Below, one piece after another: positions 48,977 to 64,000 of a stretch of 64,000 nt of DNA. Numbering within the stretch: position 1 is the first letter of the stretch; every line of letters begins with the position of its first letter. The position numbers and the translations under genes are program-made. The notes under the pieces are model-generated. The model was not told the DNA's origin and did no database searches. It was given only the letters and a program-made list of their open reading frames with translations. The stretch is from positions 10,726,001 to 10,790,000 of the forward strand of contig OZ365111.1 in the NCBI GenBank assembly GCA_977030845.1, read 5' to 3'. The DNA comes from Fimbriosthenelais zetlandica. Its lineage: Eukaryota.

Positions 48977-51474
48977 CAGGTGGTCTTTAAATGGTGAAGC
49001 TTTAATCCTAATGTGGTCAATGACTTGAGTGGTCGATATTGTTTATTGATGATACCATTTGATTATCATGTTCCAACTCACAGCACCAAAGGCATTCCCA
49101 TACCTCCTACCAACATGTTATCATTGACACTGTCTACAATGGTACTCAATAGATAAACATAGGATCATACATTAGTTAGTTGGCCGGTTTTCAGTAAATC
49201 TATAAAAAAAAAAATCAGATAACATTTTCGTTTTAGTCCTGTAGTCTGGGGTCAAGAACTAGCTTATTAAAAAGTGGTCGTAGGCAATGGATACAATACA
49301 TATATTTGGATTCAATCAAAATGTGAAGTGGATGAATGGGCTTAACTCGTAAAACCCTTTCTGGATTAGCAGGTTCAACTGACCCTAAAACCACATCCAT
49401 TTTAGTGATTACTTTACGAACACTTCCACGGAGGGCTAGCTCGTTCCAAATTTAATGGATAGTCTGGGATTTCATGCCTGAGTAAAGGTGGTTTGAGTTG
49501 GCGTAGTCTGTGGTTTACTAAAGTGTTCTGGTGCCTGAGAACCTTGCTCAGTTAATACATGAAAGGTTGGTTCAGTTAAGCGGAGGAACAGTCAACTTTG
49601 GGAAGGGTGGGAGGAGAGGGTAGGGGTGCGTTGACAGACATAAAAGCGCTGGGGAAGATGTAAGAGAATTTCAAAAGGCTTTTAAAGAAAAGTTCTCTGC
49701 AAGTGTGTTAGGGACATTTTTAAGGGAAGTTGACTTTGGTTAAAACATTGACTGATAAACAGACACATCAGAAATGCCTTTATATGATTAACATACGAAG
49801 ACGAGCGTCTATCATATCAAATGTAAGAGCAGACAGCAGATAGTCCCCACAAATCTCTATGAAACCATAAAGTGGACATGTTATTCAGGCCGCAGGATTA
49901 ATAAAAGCTGCGGTCCATGGACATTGAGGTTACCCTGATCTATGTTATAATAAGAGCACGATATTGCTCATATAACATTATATAAGGGCATTAAACCTAT
50001 TATATAGAGACCCATAGTCTGTCCAAACCTCAATATAGAGGTCTAGCACAGTTTTATCCTATGGTTATTTTGGGGCCTAACAATTTATATTGAAAATCCC
50101 TATAATTTTTCCATTGAATTTTCCCCGGCCATGTCAAAGCTCAAATGGGGGCTTAATCCCACCTCAATACCGCTCATGATATTTTTATATTCCTATAAAA
50201 TATAGAGCTCTAATTGATAGGGTTAATGGTTAATGTTGGGCTGACACCTGCGATCCTAGAATACTCAATATTCATGAACAGAACGATGCCAAGCCTGGTA
50301 TTTTAAATCCACTTCACATTCTCTCTCCTCCAACCCTGTATAGCGCCATATAGGCAAATATTCATTTCCCTACCGCTGCTACAAGCAATGTTAATGGTCG
50401 GAGGCAGTGAAATTAAGGCAAATATTGACTATGGATATCAGGCAGTATAATTGGCTCATGCAGTCATTCAGACGTTTTGTGAACTCCATGGCATGGCGCT
50501 TAAAAAAATCCCACAAAGAAAAAAAAATGTGATCGCTTGCTGCTCTTAGGGCAGGACATAAGCATGAATATTCAGTGTTTAGACAAAAAGAAATTTCCAC
50601 TTGTAGATTTGTGGGCGTCAGAGTGCACTATGGCATTGAGTCCATGTATAGGCCTAGAACTCCCACAGAGGTTCAATGTTACGCCTTGAGTTTTGTCATA
50701 GATGCAAGGAACATAAAGGACTATAATCTAAGAGGTAAAAAAAATAAAATTTGAATTAAAACGTATAAATAAATCGATGGTAGTTTATTACCATAAAAAC
50801 AAATTGTAATACAATAAACAGTGCAACCGGGATATTCTATATATAGCAGGTAAAAAGAATACAGTCTGAATACCCTTTACAAAATATCTTCAATCAAATA
50901 CGTAGCGACATACACATTGTCTAATTGACTTAAGCCTTTTTATTATGGTCATTATAGTTCAAGTCATTTATCACTTGAATAAAATCAACTTTGCAGTAAA
51001 TGTGGCCTCATAGCAAATTTCACAAGTTTCCTCTAGTGGACCAAGCAACAAAGCCCGCTTATCGTAGATGCTAAACCTGATGAGGGACATTATGCTTAAC
51101 TTTAGAAACATAGTTAAGCATAAGAATAATAACTTAGTGCATAGTGACACTGCACCGATGCATAAAATTCAGATATATTGGGGATTGAGCTTAAACAAAA
51201 CCTTTTTCGACTATATAATAGAAAGTTAACTTCACCAGGCGAATGCTAACGGAACTAACTCAGGAAATAAAATCTTTTAAGAAGGTCAGAATTCTGTATG
51301 TCTATTCTTTGATAGTCTCATATCAACAGTCATGAACACCATGGCACTTATAGCTAAAATTAAACTAAGTTCGGTCTGAGTCTGCACCATTTTAATCACG
51401 ATATAATATTGACTGAATTTCGCGTGCTTTATGGACCAAAAATGGATCAGACTCAACCTTCTTTTATGTAACAC

Positions 51475-57988
<6,514 letters not shown>

Positions 57989-58426
57989 CTTGAAGTGAAA
58001 GGAAAGGAAGAGCAATAATAAATCTCAATCAAACATTAATCAATATTATTAGGGCCTATATTTTATTTTTAGAAGTCTTCATTATTTATACCAGTACTTG
58101 AACGGGGTCAGCTAAGCAGTTCGTGATCAATCAATGTTATAATGTCTGACACTTGGTTGAATTCACATTTATTAAAAAGGAACGGAGCGGGCGGGAGGCC
58201 TACCGACTTCCTGGGGACAGGCACGTACACCGTACAGTGAGTGACACTGAGTGACAGCAGCATGGGGGCCGCTCGGCGCTAACAAAATTGCGATTCAAGG
58301 TATTACATGCGCATTTAATCGTTGACATAACCAAGACATTTGTACCCCGACTGTAAGCATTATACTAGATGTTAGAAATATACAATGGACTACAATATAA
58401 CAATACAAATTGGCAATAATTCTCAC

Positions 58427-58824
58427 CTTTCCATTCAATCGGTACACATGTGCAAAAACCGGAAGCAAACAAAACTTGGTTTGTACACTACTTCCGGTGT
58501 CGCACAGAATAAGTGGACAGTGCCATAAGTCCTTTAAAAAAAATTAAAACTGGTTGTGTCTAATGAGAACATTCTTAATTCCTTAATTTTGTATTGATAT
58601 AAGTCCTGGTGAAAGTCTCACCTATTTTAGTGGGGGAGACGAAAATGAATTTGAGTTCTGATTTTCCACACCAGAGGGCGGGACCAAATGCCGATCTGGG
58701 ACAACAACCCTTGCAGTTTTGGACTCATCATAGTTTTGTTATTTAGTTACTTGTCTCCCTATTTCTGTTCTAACTCAATCATGCATCAGTGATTAGGAAC
58801 TTTAGAAGAGTCGTACTATATAAG
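58427..58824. promoter_or_regulatory. Bidirectional promoter region RIOX1 / FSIP1
   Basis: A minus-strand donor (AG/gtgaga, 58427) and a plus-strand donor (AAG/gtaaga, 58824) face away from each other. Inverted ETS-type sites ACCGGAAG (58458-58465) and ACTTCCGG (58490-58497) lie between them. Confidence 0.6.
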
Positions 58825-58971
58825 GTAAGAATCATGAAAGTTTTGTTTCACGGAGTTTCCGATTTCTAGCCAGACTCAGAGGTCCCGTTTCTAATGTAAA
58901 CTAACTTCATGGGCGATAATATGAGATAACTCCAGGTACCCGCCGGAATGTTTAGACCTGTCTCAGGTAGG

Positions 58972-59010
58972 CCATAGATAATAGTAGAACAGTTCTACTA
59001 TTATCTATGG
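58972..59010. repeat. Perfect 39-bp palindrome (19-bp arms, 1-nt spacer)
   Basis: CCATAGATAATAGTAGAAC-A-GTTCTACTATTATCTATGG. Confidence 0.95.
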
Positions 59011-59399
59011 GTAGGCCTACTACTATAACTATTGTACGTTGGGATTTCATTCAAAACCACAAATCGGTAGAATATTAATGACACCTTTTGTTTTAAACTC
59101 GCTCACTAGCTGTAAGTTTGGGAATGGGATTTAGAGGGGGTGGTGGGGGTCTTCTCTAATAGTCTAGGCCTACCCTGTTGTAAGTAGTTTAGGGTAAATA
59201 TTATAAAATATATGATAGAATATCAGATCTATAGAATATTCAGGGCACTATATTACACTGATATACACTTATATATTACTGGGACCACTTCTAGTACTAG
59301 TAGTAGTAGGCCTACTACGTCTACGGTAGGCTTAATCGTATTTATTCATTACGCTTATAATTTTTATAACAGATTTCCAGACCCCTGTGCTCTACCGAA

Positions 59400-62300
59400 A
59401 TGTCTTCAAGGAGTAGAGACATGGAGAATGGTCGCCAGTTGGATGTGTTGGAAAGGGGCAACCTTGAGAATATTTCCAGGCCGCCCAGTAACAGAAACCT
59501 GCGCCCTGATAGAGCCCCCAATAGTGCGACCAGTAGCATGGGTTTCGGGAGTGCCTCCTCTGTCTCCAGACTCAGGCCCCAGGTGGCTGCTGCTTTAGAG
59601 CTGCTCACACCAGAGGAAGTGATGGAACAGGTGATAACAATGGTTTCTGAAACTTCCAAAATATATCTAATAAAAGAATATAGGAAAATTTTGTCCGAGA
59701 ACTAGACAGATTCAGATACTTAAAAGTCATTTTATTATATTTTTTTCTGAAGTAGGTTTACACATAATTATAAATTATGCTTAATTTATTTGACCAATGA
59801 TCGAAGGGTCGGCGGTTCAATCCCCCGAGCTGTCCAAGGCATTTCCAATGCCTCCCTTCTCAGGGTGTTGATGTGTTGTACATAATTATATGTTCTAGGG
59901 CACATGCACCTAGAAATAACCATTGCTCAGAAGGCAATGTAGTAAGGCACATAGAAAGATCCCCCAGCTGAAAATCATACGAGAAACTTGTGTAATCATT
60001 ATTAAACTAAACCTTATATTGTTAATTAATTCTGGTCTCTGTAGGAGTGTGAGTTGGACCTGGAAGAGCTGAGTGATGGATGTACAGATGAGACTGATGA
60101 CCTGGCGGAGATCACAGGGCGAACCTCTGAGCTGTTCCACATTGCTGAGCCACTCCACCAAGACCTTAACTCGCAGTCCCAGGACCTCTACCAAAGCGAT
60201 GAGGACGACAAACAAATAGTTCTATTTGGTAAGAGATTATATTACTTTCACAATATTTGAGAATCCCCAAATACGTGTATCTAAATAGGATATCTGGTTG
60301 TATAAATAATATATTAATTGTAGTTTACATCGCAATTTTTGTGATCACATACTGATTATTCTTTACTATATTTTAGGGTCATTGTGTGGGGATGAAGAGA
60401 CTATGGTGGACAGCGATGAGGAGAAGTCCATACTAAAAGACATTCGAGCTGAGATCACTGCTCAGGTAGAGATAGTTTCCCAGCCCTATCTAAAAATAAT
60501 ATCACTGAAAAGTTTTATAATTTACTAATGTCCTTATTTGTTTCTTCATTGGTTTGGAACATGCTTTGTGTTGGACATAAATTTGCCACATAAACTTGTC
60601 ATCTGTTTTTGTTTCAAATAAATAATCTGCTTTTGTTTCAAGTGAATGATAGGTTTTAAAAAAAGTTTGTAATGTTGTACAGATTCGAGGAGAGATGAAA
60701 TCTGAGTTGGAGATGTACAAGAAGAAACGAGAGGCGTTGAGCAGCGCCTGTGGGACGGAGAAAAAGAAGAAGGGAGAAGACGTGGAGGAAGAGATGGACC
60801 CTGAACTGAAAGCAGCTATCATCAAGATGAGAAAACTGGACAGAATACTCGACAAGAAAGTCAAGAGAGAGAAGGAAGTGAAACGAGATAGGATCCTGCT
60901 TCAGAGAAAGTGAGTCAATAAATCATTCATATAGAGTTATTTACCAGTCACCTAATTAAATATTCCATTCAATATTCTACAATATTTTAGTTCACCAGTA
61001 CGAAACACATCGCCCTATGATTTGATACAGAGAAATACAATTGGAAATCTCATAATTGCAGCTAGAATCTGATTTATAAGGGGTTTTTTTCTAAGGTTAC
61101 ACGAGGAATTGGTCAACCTGAAGCCTGAGAGTGGAGGAAGGGAACTGAAGGAAGTACAGACGAACACTGCCAAATTTCTCTCACTCACACTGCCACCCTC
61201 CCACAACGCAGGTGAAGCATTTATTTCAAAGTTGAACAATTTCTCTCCCCACCCATTTACTTCCCATGACACCTCCTAAAAGAAAATTTGAGAATATAAA
61301 TCAACTTTCCCATGTTTGTCTATATGTGTGTTAACTTTGGCCTGCTGAAATTAAAAGTTGATCAGTTTCTGATGGATTTCTAATAAAATAATCCAGGCAC
61401 ACGTGAGACTCCTTGTATGACAGGTAAGCTTCATGAATATTAAAACACAGACATGTAGAAATTCACACATTTCTTTCATTTCGAATTTTCAGATCGAACG
61501 CATGAAACATTCAGAATATACATCATTAGTATTATCTGGAAAATTTAAGCACATTTATTAATCCCAGAAAAACTTTTGAATTCCTAATATACGGTGATAT
61601 TTATCAAGACTCAATGGTATCCAATGTATTATAGTCGCAATATACGAAGGGCCTCTCGGGGAAGCTGAAGATATGAGTATGACAAATTTTATGTTTGATG
61701 CAAATATAATTTATACACCAATATTCCTTCTCAGAAATACATGTATGTCCATTTTATGCAACATATGCAACTGCACTAAGTTGGATGAATTCCACTCTCT
61801 ATCACTTATTACAATATATCTATGTATGTACTACTTGTCATGAGGCACCCTGTTATTGACTGTAAAGATATACGTCTGCATTTTGAACTGGAATGTGTGG
61901 ACACAATAAAACCAACCACAAATTTCCATTCTTTCCCCCGCAAATCCAATATTTTACTTATGAATTTTTGCATTGAACTTTCATATCACTGAACTGTCTG
62001 AGAGAAAGTGACACAATGTTTTGAATTTTAAAATGATTTCCACATAATATCTTTTCATAAATTAATTATTTTGTTAATCCAAAGCGATTCTTTTATCCAG
62101 TTAAAGGTAAGTGTTAAGTCAGTTAGCCAGCCAGAAATTGATCGCCAGTCAGAAATTGATCTATCATTTCCATGTATTAATTTCTCTAATTATTTCTTGG
62201 CAAACTCTGTATACAGGTATACACATAGCAGACTTGCCCCCTGAAGCTGGAGATACCCCTCACCCTCCCGTCACACCTGTCTTTGCTACACAGTATGAAG

Positions 62301-64000
62301 ATGACAGTCAGTCCACCAGTCGATCTGCAAAAACCTCCCGTAGTGACGCACCCAGTCAGCAGTCAAAACAAGGTTAGTCAATGTTACTCCTTCAACCAGA
62401 AGATTAAAACATTCTGAGATTCAAATTGCAAATTTTTGGGGAAAATCATACTTGTATTACAATTTGTCTTTTGAACTCATCTCCCAATGATTTCTGTTAT
62501 TAGGGAAAACCAAGTCAGCCAGTCGAGGGACAAGTCGTTCAGATACATCACAGGGGACTGAATCTACAAAACAGGAGGATGCTCAAAGTACAATAAGTGG
62601 CGGTACAAACTCAACAAATCTTACTGGTAGTACAAGGGCGGGAAGGAAGAATAGGAACTTTATCAAGAGGAATAAAGAGGTACAGGACATGGCACTGATT
62701 GATTGGTTTTTGATTGATCTATTGATTATTAAAAATAACACTAGTTGATATATAAGGATAACTGTTAAAATTGTAGGTTGATTAATTTGTTAAATATTTA
62801 TAATTTTGGCTTACTTCAGTTGGCCTCTGATGCAGCTAACATGATAGCCATGACAGAGGATGAGAAGAATCGGGTAGATAGCCTGCTGTTCAACCTAGAA
62901 GCCCTGCCTGAGGAGGACAGCAACCCAGAGACCAATGCCTTCCAGATAGTTCCTTCTCTGGGAGAAGGTTGGTTATACATGTTTATCTGTGATTTTTATG
63001 TAATTTTGACTTATAATCTGGGATTGAAAATTTGGTTAATTGATGCTAAGGATAAGTTATTACTATGCTCGAAATGGCTTTAAAATATTTGTAAATGTAA
63101 TAATGTTTTGGTACTTGTGGCAGGTTATCAGCCGGAGAGGGAGGATATGGCTAAACTGCATGATATTGACAGCAGGCTCAAGTCACTACTGCCACCACAG
63201 GAGTTTGCAATGATTGCCGCCCCGCCCACACCTCGAAGTATTACCTCAGCATTGTCAGGAGTGAGTTTCATTGACTGGGGGGCTTGATATATAATCCAGC
63301 TTATGTACTTTATACAATTCCCTCATGCATTTGATATAGTTCCCTCATGTACTTGATATATTCCCCTTATGTACTTTATAGTTCCATCATGTACATGATA
63401 CTTCATTTCTCTTCACATAGGGGACCCTGTTCACCCGCACTGCTCTTGACACTGAATCAGAAATAACCCTTGGTGAGGAATTGCTGAAAGAAAACAAGGA
63501 GGAACGAGACATTCAGCACCGTCTGCGTGAAATAGAAGGAGAACTTAACACTTTAACTTCAGCCGTGGAACACGAGGTGGGCAAAAATCACCATCCTCAT
63601 CCAAACTTATAATTATTTGTCACTTTCCATATGCAATTATTTACTATTTGCCATATATCCATTCCAGATGGAATGTCCAAAGCTATCAGACGATCAACTC
63701 CAGTACCTGTTGGATAAATGTGCCTCCGCCATGCAAAGAGCGCAGGACGAGACCGACCAGCTAGCCCAATCACAGAAAAAGTAAGTCAATATTGGATTTA
63801 GCAATTAAGACATTTATATTCATAGAGAAATGGAACCTTAATTGTTCCAAATTTGGTATAATTCTGTCCTTTGATTATCCCTTTTTTGGTTTAAAAGAGA
63901 TCCTCTTCATAATATTGTTTGAAATCCGTAGTTAGAGAATTGATGATATCTTTGATATGAAATTTTGATCATTTTCCATGACAGAGCTTTCCTGCAGCGT
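59400..64000 (+). CDS. FSIP1: Fibrous sheath-interacting protein 1, partial (continues past the window)
   Basis: Exons 59400-59630, 60045-60228, 60377-60465, 60683-60909, 61096-61211, 62217-62372, 62504-62679, 62820-62967, 63124-63260, 63421-63576, 63668-63780 and 63985-end, phases consistent. Motifs: GNLENISRPPSN...LELLTPE, DPELKAAIIKMRKLDRILDKKVKREKEVK, TPVFATQ, NFIKRNKELA...DEKNRVDSLL, all resembling FSIP1 as I recall it. Confidence 0.88.
59790..59875 (+). mobile_element. Possible tRNA-derived SINE fragment in a FSIP1 intron
   Basis: GAAGGGTCGGCGGTTCAATCCCCC resembles a tRNA T-arm/B-box; no full cloverleaf or A-box. Confidence 0.35.
63296..63402. repeat. Degenerate ~21-bp minisatellite in a FSIP1 intron
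   Basis: About five units of TTCCC(T/C)(C/T)ATGTACTT(G)ATATA. Confidence 0.7.

Overview
Eukaryotic (animal) genomic DNA, AT-rich, with spliced genes; not prokaryotic, and I saw no CRISPR arrays or operons. Gene models were rebuilt by hand from GT-AG sites and frame continuity; identities rest on remembered family motifs, with no database search. In order: 3' end of EXOC5/Sec10 (+); a 69-aa single-pass membrane microprotein (-); a stum/SPEC3-family membrane protein (-) with a tRNA-Asp(GUC) in one intron; a 435-aa orphan disordered protein (+); GDPGP1 (-, 9 coding exons); a dead 5'-truncated CR1/L2-group LINE; a universal stress protein gene (-) with very large introns of apparently decayed, probably transposon-derived DNA; an intronless 797-aa LRR protein (-); RIOX1/NO66 (-, 19 coding exons); and, head-to-head with it, FSIP1 (+, runs off the window). 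A USP gene, intron-rich GDPGP1 and RIOX1, and heavy TAGGCCTA enrichment suggest a marine invertebrate, possibly an echinoderm (inference). I found no clear new multi-gene system. The best leads are the orphan protein with tandem LC8-type and PP1-docking motifs, the USP gene with a double CLEAR-box promoter, and a coding-like island inside the last EXOC5 intron.
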